Assembly: GCF_018977255.1 (NCBI RefSeq)
Contig: NW_024704755.1
Span: 5,890,001 to 5,954,000 of the forward strand
Direction of reading: 5' to 3'
DNA length: 64,000 bases
DNA from: Callorhinchus milii
Taxonomy: Eukaryota
Shown: one piece after another, positions 38,911-52,600 of the stretch
Layout: each line of letters opens with the position of its first letter
Position numbering within the stretch: position 1 is the first letter of the stretch
The notes under the pieces: model-generated
The model's input: the letters and a program-made list of their open reading frames with translations, nothing else
Told to the model about the DNA's origin: nothing
Database searches by the model: none
Position numbers and translations under genes: made by a program

Positions 38911-40425
38911 ATAAGAAATCAAAGCGCCAAACAAATCTAAGGGAAATAATGAAGCTGGGTAAAAATTTTTATGCAAGGTAGATGAAAGTTAACGAAACGT
39001 AACAGCTTGCGCAATAACTTTCAAATTATCCCTTCTTCAGGAAATGTGCTGTTCAGTACAGTTTACAGTGCAGTAACGGTTTGTATTGTGCAACCTACAT
39101 TCTTTGTGTTTGTATTATATATATAGACTCACACACACATATGTAAATAGATTGGAATTTGCTTTTCTAAGTAATTTCTATACGTCTAATGTACTGAGCC
39201 ACAATTCCGTCAGTTTAAACTGAAGGAATAGTTTGTCTATCATTTGGTACTAAATGAGTATAATTTAATGCAAAGTCATGTTTTAAATGTTGACGAATGT
39301 TGTAGAAAGTCTTTAAGACTTATCAAATGAACTGTACAGAATGGTTTATATAAAAAAAGTTTTTAATTAACAGACTAATTTGTAATATATTTGGAAAGTT
39401 CAGTGAGCAATACAGTACATGGTGATTGTCTATTGTAGCACCAGGTATTGATATTTTTTCCAGACTACAGTAGATTATTTCTAAAGATGAGATGGGAAGC
39501 AGCTCTAGACACCATCAAGGTTCAGAACTGCTTTCTACATAATAGGATTGTACACAGATCTTTCAAGGGCTGTTCCAGTCAATTTTGAAGTTCCGGTTGG
39601 TTTATTTGATGACTTGACTATCTGGATACATGTAATCAGAAGTCATACAGTACAATTTTGTTCATATTTGTACTCAGCATCTGGTACAATCATGTTTTGC
39701 ATCCTGACTAGACACACTAAAACTTGTTTTTAATGACAGTCAAGTCCACCTATGAATTTCTCAACTAATAACTAAAGGTCAAAATTCAACTTTAGGTTGG
39801 TTTGTTTTGAACATACGTCGATAGCGCAAGATCCAAACAATCAAAATAATAGTAAGGATGACATGAAACCGTACCTTTTACTGACAAACTCCAATAAATC
39901 CATTCATAGTTTTTCATTTGATTAAAATTGATTATATTGTTCCTTGTTGCATGAAGTTTCTTAAAATGTTATGCGTTACTGCAGTTTTAACATCTATCTA
40001 CACAAGGAACTGAACCAAACAACATTTTTTGATTAATATCAGAGCCAGTTTAGAGTATCCTATAGTCATCCCCTCTACCTCAATTTCACTTCCAGTGAAA
40101 ACTAGGTTGTGGTCATGAAAATACTTTACTGGATATATTTTTTTTAAACTCACTTAATGACAGTTCTGCAGAATGTGCACCACAACTTTTACTATTGGTA
40201 CCTTGTCCTTCAAGTCCAAGTTATTCAGCAGACTGTGGTCATTGAAGTTGGTTGTAGCTTTAAGTTTTGTAGGGATAAGATGGCTGGTTTTGAAACACTG
40301 CGTATTGGCAAAGCAGTTAAGCACCTTTAATTGAATTATGTGTTGATGCTGAAATCAATCTTGTTGCACGCTAAGTATTTTGAACTGCAAATTTATGGCA
40401 CTTTTCAAAATGAGATCACTATTTT

Positions 40426-40431
40426 AATAAA
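40426..40431 (+). terminator. Candidate distal polyadenylation signal of ZNF276
   Basis: AATAAA followed about 25 nt later by a GT-rich stretch, 260 nt before the FANCA stop codon. Confidence 0.35.
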
Positions 40432-40693
40432 GTTCCTTTAAGAAAATGCTGCAGTGCTTGCTTGTGTGCTTAGTTAAAGTGAGGGACAAAAGTTCCTGGG
40501 CTGGATTCCTTTTGTCATTAAAAAGATATGTTTTGAGAGCGCCTCGCGAGTGTGTAAGAACCTGAGGTACTGGATTTTAATATGTTAGTGTTACAGCAAG
40601 TGATACAGGCGGCACTATCCAGGTTCTACCAACACCAAAAATAGTTCCAAAAAAAATTCATAATCTGTTAAACTTGACCCAATTCTATTTTTT

Positions 40694-43600
40694 TTATAGC
40701 AAATCAGGCTCCGAGTACTGTTCATCACTTTTGCCGACCTGCAGATTGTGGTCAAGTTTGGCTTTCACCTCCGGGTCAATGTCCTTACAAACTTCCTGTA
40801 GCTAAAGACACAATTATACAAAATTTTTAATATGTAGATGGTACAAAATGCTAGATATTTTCCCTTATATTCAACAAATACTATAACATAAACACATAAA
40901 AATATGCCATCTATTATCAAAAAGAGACAATACTCCACCACAAATATTTCTCGCTCTTCAAAATGGAATTGTGGAATCTTTGGCATACAGACCAGAAACT
41001 ATTTAATGCATTAAACAATAAACTATTTAATGGATTACAGGCTCAAGTCCAAGTGTGGGGCACAGACCCATACACTGATTCCAGAGGCAAGAATATTACA
41101 CTCTTAGCCAAACACCCAGATTACATTACTTCACTATGTTGTTAATGCCAGATTGATTAAATTAGATGTCTCTGGCTCTCTCTATAAAAAGTGTTGAAGA
41201 TTAAACAAATTGTTTCATCATTATATGGAGACTTAATACTGGATTTCTATTGTATGATTTAGATGTCTATTTCAATAGCCATTTATCTTATTTTTCCTCT
41301 CTTCACCCCCCACCCCCATAAAATAATGCTTACTTGTTTGCGTTCTGAGTTTGTCTGTCTAGGACAGCATGGAATTGTACGAAGGAGGAAGTGTCGTCCG
41401 TGAGTTATTAATCCCAGAAGGTCAGGCTGAGAAAAGAGAAGTAAAATGGATTGCGACTCTTGTTCTCTTCAGGACAAGTAGACATTTTAAAGCTTGAACA
41501 CTGCCGTACGCAATTGGCTGCTGCGTTTCTCCCACAAATTATAGTCGATTCGCTTTACAGTACATTCCATGAAGTGTTTTGAGACGTCTTGAAGATGTGA
41601 TAAGGCACTATATCAAATGCGAGGATTATTATTGTGGGCACAGAATATAGAATGAAATGTTGTATAAGCTGGAAGCAAATACTATGCACGCAAGGTAAAT
41701 GTGGTCAGCTGGTCAGAAGGAGAGGATTGTCTCTGTTATCAGTGGCCTGAAGCTGTGCAGTAAGTACATTTACCTGCTCAGGGGTTTGTACTGCACAGTA
41801 ATCAAAGGCTGGGACGACACCTTCTCCATCAAGATAGAGCTGGCCCATTGCTGCGTACATCGTGACAGCGATCAACAGGAACCCTGGGCGCTTGATAACC
41901 GAGGAAAGCAACGTGGAGCCCAGATCAAGAACCAACCTGTTGTGGAAATAATGGACAGTTATGAAACTTTTTTGGGGAAAAAAAAGGACTCTAAATATGG
42001 TATACAGAAAACAACAACTTGCACTTATATAGCGCCCTCCACACAGGCTAGCATCTCAGGGCAATTACAGTCATTTTTAATGTGTGAAATAGGAACACTC
42101 AGTCTGTACACAAGATGGCCTTACAGTTACAGGAGCCTGATCACCCCTTTCTTTGAGTAAATCAGAATCTTTTCTTGAGGGATCAATAATGGGCATCAAT
42201 GTTTCATTTCAATAGTTAAGTCTTAGATCAGACTTTTAAGCACTTAGCAATCCATCCAGTGCTCCAAATCTACAGGGGTTTCAGAGTAAAAATTCACTTT
42301 GGTAAACTTTAATATCATCTGTGAAGTGATTGCACTTAAATCAGGCTGCTTGGAGCTGCAGAACTTGTAATTCACTTAAGAATCTGTGGTTCTGTGTGTG
42401 TGTGTGTGTGTGTGTATATATAACACAAGCTAAGTCAGTCCACCAGGAATTGAAAGCAATTTACGGAAGAAAGTCAGAATAGGTTTCAAAGTTATACCTG
42501 TAGAATGCAAGCGGAAGTAATCGAATCTGCACGTCCGAGATCATGCTGTGTAGGATCTGATGAGGCCCACAATCTGTCAGAGGAAAAGATCCCGTGAGAA
42601 ACGTCACTCAAGTCATCTCGTGGGATATTGTTCATTACAACTTTTTGTCACGACTCGGTGCCTCTGGCTCCCCCCAGTCACCGGGATGAAACAGAAAAGT
42701 AAAATTATTATTGATCAAGTTTCAAGGTTCCAATACAATCTACTTGTTACCATCTGAAAAGCAATTCCATCACTGCACGTAATGTGTTTCGGCAGGTCTC
42801 CCTCACACTGCTAGTTCGGATTCTGTGAATACAAGATGTGACTGACGCAAGGTACTAAGGATTTTAAGGGAAACTGCATTAAACGTTCTCTCTTCATCTA
42901 ATCAATTGGCAGAACAAGTTCAAAGGGCAGACTGGCCTCTTGTTCCTAATATTTAAAAAAATCCATAACTCTTCTTCTGCTTCATTACAGGGGTAAGCTC
43001 TCTGGGATGAGTGAAAGGCGCTATATAAATATAAGTTGTTGTTGAATGTGTGATGACAGGAGCAGGAGAAATTTACAGGTAAATAAGGAATAGAATGACC
43101 TACCTTTGTCTGTCACCAGGAATACATGAAGCCAGGGTTTGTCCTGCTCCTCTAAGGCTCTCACCACATCAGCACACGTTTTTACTGCAACAGTTAAATC
43201 TAAGGATTCCTTTTAAAACAAGAAACGTTATCAGATGCTTAAACGAATAGTTTCAAAGCAAATTACAGACCAGCCATCTCAAGGGGTTTCTGTTTCTTAT
43301 TGATTTATATTCATAAGCAAAAAGCACACAATGAAGAAACGGACTCCAATATGCAGTCCATATCCCTGTTTATACAGTATTACAAAACCAGAAACAGACC
43401 CATTAACGCAACACCAGTTTATCACGCACACGACTGGGAGTAAATTGTAATCAAGATCGCTGACAGCAGTCTGGAATAAAATAATGAATACAAGTTGGTC
43501 AGATATGCCTTCGCTTTGAGTTCCTCCCGCACTGTAACCCCCTGAAACCTAACCGAGTGGCCAGACAGATTTTTCTGGTATGCAATGCAATGTGTTTACC

Positions 43601-46600
43601 TTTGGCAGCAGGGTGGATGAGATGAGATCCATCAGACTGAGAAACAACACGGAAACCTGGAGCTGAAATAAAAAGGATCCAACTGTACAGGTAAGAGAGT
43701 ACCTGGTTTTAGTGCTTCTATCCCGGGTTACAAACTGCATTTTGTAGTGTTGCACCTTTCTCAGAATCCAGTACAGCGACTCATTTACTCTAACACCACA
43801 AGCAATATTAAGACTTAAGTAAAAAATGTCATTTTAAAATGAACATTTAAAAATTAGAAAACACCGGTTTTCTTTCTAACATACAGAGTGTTAAAGGTTA
43901 ATATTTCTTGGCTTGCAAAGGGCTGACAGATCTTGGATGTCATTAAAGAAATGTATCACATAAATAATAATAATAATAATCCTTACATTTTGTATAGCAC
44001 CTTTCACATTGGGAGAACATTTCAAATACTTTAAGGTGGACTGACTGTGTGTCGTGGGTGACAATTTGCGCACAGTATTGTCCTTCAGAGAGCCGTGAAG
44101 TGAAGGATCAAAGGAAGAAAGTATTTGTTCTGATGTTTGGTTTACCTGTTCGTTTTCTGCACATATCTTTCTCATCACAGTCTCGAGGCCCCAGAGTCTA
44201 TTCTCCCTTCGGAATGTGAAATATAAAAAGGCACCCAGTATCCAGGGAGCATCAGATGGGGGATCGTCAACTGTACCTGAGAGTAATCTGCAAGATTTAA
44301 AACCAAATCATCACATGAATCTCGTATCAATGTGCTGTAATTCAACCTGCAACTGCAGCTTGTACATCCAGACTCACTGAGGTGACTTCTCTAAACGGCT
44401 GTTATTGTGAAGCAGTTTTTTTTTTAATTCCTAAGTTATTAAAATCGCTACACACACTGATACAGCACAAAAACAGGCCACTTGGCCCAACTAGTCCCTG
44501 TTAATGTTTGTACTCCTCACAAGCCCCCACCCCTCCTGTTCCCCTCACCCATACCTCTCTTTTCCTTTCTCCCTTAGTTATGCTTATTTTTTTCTTCATC
44601 CACAGCTTCAGGCAGTAAATTTCACATACTCATCACCTTCTGCGTGAAGAAGTTCCTCCTGAACGGTCCTATTAGATCAACTACTTGCGAGCTACCTTAT
44701 GCAGTTTTTAAAGCCCTCTAGTATTTGGACACACCAACAAGTGGAAACAGTCCATCAACATCCATTCAAATACACGGAAATGTATCCGCTAAAATATGTC
44801 TGAGTCAGAGGCTCCCGTATATCAGTATATCAGGTCTTTCTTGCCTCTCACCTGTTGGCCCAGCAATGATCCTCTGCCAACCTCTGCAGTTCTCTGGGAA
44901 GTGAAGCCTCACTGAACCTCTTCCACTGTGTAACGAGGACCGGCTCTAGTCTTGGCCACCACCACTTCAAGATACAAGAGACTGGCATCAGCAGCGTTAA
45001 CAGTAAGGCTAGACTAAGCAGTTTTATCTTCCAAGCAAGGGAGGTGACCAAAGTCGCAGTCCAAGGGGTAGGTCTTAAGGTGGGATTTAAAGGTAGATAC
45101 GAGCTACAAGCTTCAAAAGGAAGAAAAGATTGATCTCAGGGGGCGGGTGAAGGAGGTGGTGAACATCTATTTACTGTTGGACACCATCATGAATCAGTGA
45201 CGCCGCTGAGAACTGTGGGGTGGTGGATAGTGGTAATATTACTACGTGTAGAGCTGTGCTTACCGCTGCAGACAACAGGAGCAGGGGGCAGCGTGCTCTG
45301 CACTCATTCAGGAAAGCAGCAAGGACATGATCTGCTTCTTCACAGTCAGCACAAGCACTAAGCAAACCCTGAAACAGAGAGAACCTCCTGCATGTTAATT
45401 CCATTGTAATCCACACTGATGTTACTTTAAGAGTGCAAACTTGCCATCATTTCCCTCCTGGTTCCATTTCAAGCTGTGTTATGTGTAGGTATACTGTACA
45501 CGATATATTATAAAATATTTAAATGCAATAAACAACTGCTTCAGGGATACTTGTTTTGGAGATACAGCTGACATTTCACCCTACAAAGCCAAGTCTCTGT
45601 AAAATCTAACCTGCAAGTGTGCGAGGGTTATTATTGATTATTGTTTTTAAACAAATTTTAATTACAAGAGCAGTAGTTCTAGCAAAGCACTCTTTCCCAC
45701 TTCTCCATCTGCCTTCAGGTTTATTGATTACAGATTTCCGCATAGGGCTAAGACATCAATGATCAGAACTGGACTTTCTTACTCTGAAGAAGTGTGCGGT
45801 ACTGTCATAAAGGATCACACCGTCTTTACAGTAGCCATTCCTCTGCAAACAAATGAAACAAAGTGTTAAAAATTAACATCCTTCAACGATTACAAAGTGT
45901 TCACGAAAACCACATTCACTGCCGCCAAGTTATGGGATCTGAAAAAAAACTCAGCGGGGCAGCAATAATTAGGTTCACCAACTTTGAAACAGGTTTATAT
46001 GAATACAACAACAACAAGATTATATTTGTTTAGTGCCTTTCACGTCGGGAGGATGTCCCAAGGCACTACCCAAGAATAGCATTGAGTGCTGAGAACGAAA
46101 TAGCTCTGGGGCTTTTATTGAAATCAGAAAGCAAGTGAGTCTTTCTTTCAATATCTGCAAGAATCTTTAATATCACTAAAGACAGCATCACTGTCATCTG
46201 CCTGAACGGGATTACAGCACAGAACAGTTTAACATGGCACTTGGGGCTCACAAAATCCCTGCGCATGTATGTCAGCAGCAATTTGATGAGCAGGAAATTG
46301 GCCATTTTTGTTTTTAGTGTGCGGAAAGCCAGACACACGGCCTCAAGAAACTTGTGATCTAAGCAGTTTTGTGATCATAAGGAACGTGCTCTAATGGGGA
46401 TCTACTGTATTCTTTGTAACATTTTCATCGATTGTCACCAGCTGTGACTTGGTAGTTCAGTAGGCGTTTTATTCTCTCAGGTCAAAGTCTGTGTGTATTA
46501 ATAGTACAAGTTTCTAACACGATTGATTAGACTTCAGTGTGATTCCCATCAGCAGACTTACCAGCTCTTTATTTGTGAAGTGAAAGAACTCCTCACATTC

Positions 46601-49600
46601 CACAGTGACCGTCAGTCTCTCCTCCCGAGTCCGAAACAGCGCACTGGGAGGAAGTGCTACGAGAATCCTGATTTCAAATTCACAGAGAAAACAAAAAAAT
46701 CAGGACAAAAACATAGACAACGTGGAAAGGGGCGAGAGAGTAAAGAGCAACACAGGGACTATACTACTTTATAATTGTAAATTAGCAGCAAGCAACACGC
46801 AGTCAATAGATAATGTGGGTGGCATAAGTCATGTCATGGTGGGTTCAGATAAAGCTGCAGGATTGCATATAAATATAGTGCACCAGGCGTGCAATCAGCA
46901 AATCTTCAGATTGATTTATCCCAGAAAATATTATTCAGATTTTTATGGTACATTATTGGTGCGATAACAAAATACGCTTTGTCCGTACAGTATAAATGCT
47001 GTGCGGTGATTTTGTCTATCTCCCAAGAACGCTGGGATTGTAGAATGTATGTGCTTTCTTTCCACTCTCACCTTACGAATATCTGTAATTCCAGCTCGTG
47101 TTCTAACTGCTTTCTCAACTCCGTGTTCCCCAGACTCGCTGCTCGCTCCCCAAAAATATCCAGCAGAAAGTGGCCGCTCTCCCGCCTGGCACTTTTATTC
47201 ACTTTCCTCGCTCGAACTTGCTCCAGCTCAAACACCATCTCCTGTAACCAGGCACAAACTAACATAAAGCAGAGATAGATCGATCCTAACATTTAGGTGA
47301 ACTAAATATTAAACTATAGATGGACTGAAAGGGTCTAGGTGCGGGCAGACAAACGTACGTTCAAGCCGTTTGACTGATGTGGCCTCACATCGATGAGCTG
47401 CAATGGAAATATAATGCTGCAGAAATGTAAAGTTCACATGTGAAGTCAATATTGTGTCAGACATTTTGTGACAAAGTAATGCAATACATAAGCACTAGGC
47501 TGTAGATACAATCAGCAGTATTTATTGAGTCCTTCATGCAAAGCTTTGATTAACACGAATTAGGCTAACATTCACCTAGAAAACACGGTCACTACACTTT
47601 ACAGTAAATCCTGTGAAGCGCTTTGCTCCGTTCACCTGATGGAAAAGACGATGAATCTAAGGCAAGGATTATTATTTATTATTCACCTGTAGGCGGCAAA
47701 GAATGTCCACATAGCATGAAGTCCGGAGTGAGGCAGGGCGTGAGCGATCGGACTGGTGACAGCATTGCAGCTTAACTCTACAGGTGGACAAATTTAAATC
47801 AGCAAAACACAATATATCCTATTTCCAAGCCACCACAAAAATAAACATAACCACATTGGACGGGGTTTAGGTCGGGTGATGTACGAGCTAAAGTGAACTA
47901 CAGCTCTGCTATCTTTATCCTGAATCAGCGTGTCCCTGACAGTTTAAATGGGGAGGGGACAGAGGAAAAGGGGCCTGGCAGTATCTGCCTATATTGTGAT
48001 GTGATTATTTTAGCAGGTTCTCAGACGTTTACCTTTTACTGAAATCCATTAAGGTATTGATGATGGTCCTACACATTGTCTCCAAATCCCCACCACATCC
48101 TCCTGCTGAACATGGAGACGGGAGGTAATGTTGGTAACAGACCCAGTGTTGATAGTCTTGTCTGTAATTGAAGGAAAGCACAATAAATCATTTGTAAACT
48201 AGAATGAATCCCATTGTAACGTGTGGCTGGTACCAACACATGGAATACCAGAATGCCAAGGGACATCCAGGGTCAACTTTCCATTGCAATATAAATAAAT
48301 AACAATACTTGCATTTAATACATCTTGTAAAACCATCAAAACATCTTAAAAGCGCTGCACAGGATCTTTACTGTGAAGTGTAGTCACTGAGTACTCTGCA
48401 GGTAAACACTGTTGGAAATATCCCGGAGGTGAAGTGTCCATTTTAGCAAGTAATAATTCACCCCAAACAATTACCAAATAAAGTGAGTGAACACTTATCA
48501 AAGGCTTTATTGTAGTGAAGGCTGGAGGCTAAAAGCCCACATGAAATGGGGAGCAGGACTTCAGAAGAGTGAATATTTGGGGGGTTAATGAAAAGAGTTC
48601 CAGGAACATAATTTATCTGTTGTTTTTACTACATGTTTGATAATGTTTTACCCACATGATTATTACAGATGGTTCGGAGCATGGAATTCACAGGACATTA
48701 GATATCAGAATTCAAGATTAGCTTAGCAAAGAATGCAAAAAAGTGATGATAAAAAGGACTAGGCTCCTGGGGAAGGTGCGGTTTACGAATCGGCAGAATT
48801 CAAAAAGTGGATTAGTGTAAAGGTAATTATAAATCACACCAAATTATCACACCATGTAATTATCCTGTTCTTGTCGACAGTGTTAAACCTAGGCTGAAAT
48901 CCAGTACAGGACATACTGGGGGGGGAAAAAAAGCACATAGCGGAATTTACATTAGAGCCAGCTCAGATATTTACCTGTCTATGTCAGACAGTACATCCTC
49001 ATGTGGTTGCATATCCAACTCAGCCATCAACCAATCACGGAACGTTAACTAGAAATGGAGAGGTGATAAGTGACTCCTTGAGCGGGCAGCTTTTGAGATG
49101 AATGATGAGTGTGGAATACAATGTACACATACGAACATGTTGCCAGGGCACTCAAGTGTAATAAGACCATTCAATTCAAGAACAATTACAAATCCATAGC
49201 ATTGCCAACCTCAGATTGCAACACAGCTTTATAGCGGCGAACTGCCCGGTAACATTTGCAGTTAGTTGTCTTCCTCAAGGTGTCACTGTGCAGAATAAGT
49301 ACAGAAACTGCTGCATAAAACAACTGCAACCACTAGCAGCACTGTACATCATCAGGTTAAAACATCACAACCTGATTTCAACACAGAGGGGTAGACTAAA
49401 GCTATGTTAAAATTAATCAACTTGAAAGCTCAACATGTTAAATTACCTGAAAGTCCTTCACTCTTGTTAGCTCCTTGAATTGACTGTGTTTAAACGCTGA
49501 AAGGGCAGCGGAAGTCCAATTTAAATCAGGAGAAGTCAGGTTAGGCCACATAGATTCCGTCACTTCTCCCTGTTCTGCTCGAGACGCCGGAATTAGTCGC

Positions 49601-52600
49601 GGAAGCACATACAGAAACTGCAAGAGAACAGTAAACAACTCGCTGGTCAGTAGGACCAAAAATACTCTGTACAGAATAAGACTTTTAATAATATCAGAAA
49701 CGAGCAGAAATGTTCCACAGGTCTGGCCCATCAAATCCTTCCTTTCCCTGGATAGGATTAATTACACTTTGCCAAACTCTTTACCTTTTGAACAAACCCA
49801 GAAGGAACAGCCTGCTTCACAATGTCAACAGTAGATGGTGACGAGAGGCAGAGTCCGTAAGCAACAGCTGCTGTACAAAACCTGCCAGAGAAAGGAGTTT
49901 CATCATAAGGTGGGGTTTGAAACTAGAACTATAAAATCTGCTGTGTGAGTTACATCTTAACTCAGGTCACTAAACAGCAGTTAGTAGTTCCAATAGTTGC
50001 TGTGCAGAAAAACAAACTTTTGGGAAGGAAAATTGTGGGAAAGGCTCACAAGATTAGTTTGAAGCTGGGTTTTACAGCATCTATTTCATTATAACAGGAA
50101 TGAGAGGATCTGTCTTTTTTTTAAATATAACATTTGATACATACTGATTTTTTGTGCCTAGTCTTTTCAAGGCAAACATGTCTGTGCACCACTTCGCCCA
50201 CAAAACACAGTCGATCCACTTTACAATATATTCTGTGATGTACTTTGATATGTTTCAAAGATGTGATAAGGTGCTATATCAATCTTCTTATTATTAAAAA
50301 ATTGTTCAGGCCATTACCTCATACAGAATGTCAAAGATTGTCCAGTTGTGCAGCTGAGAAACTGGGTCAGGTGTTTGCTGAAGAAAACCCCCGCTTTGAC
50401 ACCTGATTTTTCTTCCTGGTCCATCGAATCCACCAGTGGCAGGAAGCTTTGCGAGATGTGCACGTGGACTGCGAAAGCAGCCAGTCCCAATATGTGGCTG
50501 TCACTTAGAGAAGGACCCTATTAAAAAAGTACAAACAATACCTTTAACTGTATATGGATCATCTATGGTCCGTGTGGATGATTAGGGTTCTGGTGTCAGT
50601 AAATGGACACTTGTTTGTGGGCAGTAACACAAATGCTGCTGAATATCTATTCTCGTCTTGTTTTGCCCACAAAATACACAGTCAATTCACTTTACAGAGA
50701 CGTCTCGACGATGTGATAAGGCGCTATATCAAATGCAAGGATTTTTATTATCTGTCCTATGAACAGTAACACCTGCTGACAGTACGATCCAGTTCATGTG
50801 ACTTGCTGAGCATCTCACTGACACCGTGTGGCTGTCTACTTGCACACAGCTCAGACACGGTAAGTGACGTGCTAGTCTCTCACCTGGTGGCTGATCAGGT
50901 GCAGGACTCGGGTAAGAACTGCGCGTAGAACTCTCCTGTGGCCGCACAGCGTTCTCACAAACAGAGATGCCCATTCTCCCTGCCTGCAAACAGAGCCCGC
51001 CAGAGAGGATCAGAAACTCCGCAAAGGTAAACCGATCGACATAATAAATAATAGTTCTTAGAAAGTACACACTCGTTCAACCAGAGGAATACAGCCACAC
51101 GAGAGGTGTTACTCTTTATGTCCTTATTACCATTCAACTACTAGAGGAGGCCTACCTACCTGTGCGGCGGGTTGAAGTGCGATGCTGTAAGAAGCGTTTG
51201 ACAAAAGCTCTTCAGGAGGAGATCCCTGACCTGTGGGAATAGAGGAGGTGAGATACAGAGGATGACTCATCTACCCTCTTTATACTAAGCTTTCCTGGTT
51301 TCTGTTAAATAAAGGCGTCAGTTCTAATAACTGGGAGAACTGTTAAAGAAGGGTCCTTGTCCTCACACGTTCAGTACATCAAAAATAGTTAGTTTTATAA
51401 TCTTACTATTACAGTGATCAACCCCAGAGGTGAACATGATCCTGGAGCAGGTTTTTGGGGAAATCCAAATGGTGTATAAGAACGCAACCCATCCTCACTT
51501 GTCACAAGTGCACAGATGTTATTTCGCTTGAAATGCCGCACTTATAACAGCGCGTGCCTACACACAGTGGGTTTCGGTTCGAAACAAAACCTGTACATTC
51601 AATCAAATGCAGCACCAAATGCACACACGCAGCAGGCACGAGCTTTGACTGCAAAAGCAAGTTAGACAACTGCATTAACCTAACATTTGCTCCGCGCTCG
51701 GGGACACCCACCGCGAACTCCAGAGGCTCCGCGTTTGTTGCTGCAGCATTTAGTCGGAGAGGTTGATCTGCTCCAGCGCACTCATCGCCGTCCTCTATCA
51801 TTGCTCCCAGTTGTGCAGAGATTACAGCAATCTGAGCAGGAACAGCTGGAAAAACAAATCACCCCCGTGTCTCGCCAGAGACAACGTTAATGCGCTGAGC
51901 ACGCCTTGCAATCAAACTGACCCATAATCTAGATTGATATCTCTCTCTCTCAAGCTGCCACGCTATGATCATTGTTGACCTACAATAAGCAATGCAGCTC
52001 TGATTCGGCTTCGTACAAAACATTTGTTTTATAAAACGCAAAGTTCAAAAATAAGATTTTTTGAAAGTGAAAGAGAGTAGAGGTTTACCAGGAACTTAGG
52101 AATCATAGAATCCTACAGCACAGAAGGAGGCCATTCAGCCCATCGCGCCTGTCCTGGCTCTTTGAAAGAACTATCCAGCTCGTCCCACTCTCCCCACACC
52201 CCCCCTCCCCACCCCTCTTTCCCCACAGCTTCGCAATTTTTTTCTTTTCAAGTAAATATCCAATTCCCCATTTGAAAGTTATTTATTGAATCTGCTTCCA
52301 CCCGCCTTTCAGGTGGTTAATTCTTGTCGATTAGAAGCGTGTGCTCTCTCAGGCTAGCCACAAGCAGTGCCTCTCTGTCAGGACAACAGCACTACCTACC
52401 ATCATTGCCTGGATTCATAACCAGGTTCCTGAGCTCTTCCAGAGCAGTATTCAACACTTCAATTGGCTCCTTCGGGACCTCCATCTCCTCAGTTACAGAA
52501 ACTCCTGCCATTTACAGAGCAAAACAACACATCAACTTCTCGGTTTTAAAATATAATAAAAACAAAAACTTTGCATTTGATATAGCGCCTAATCACGTCT

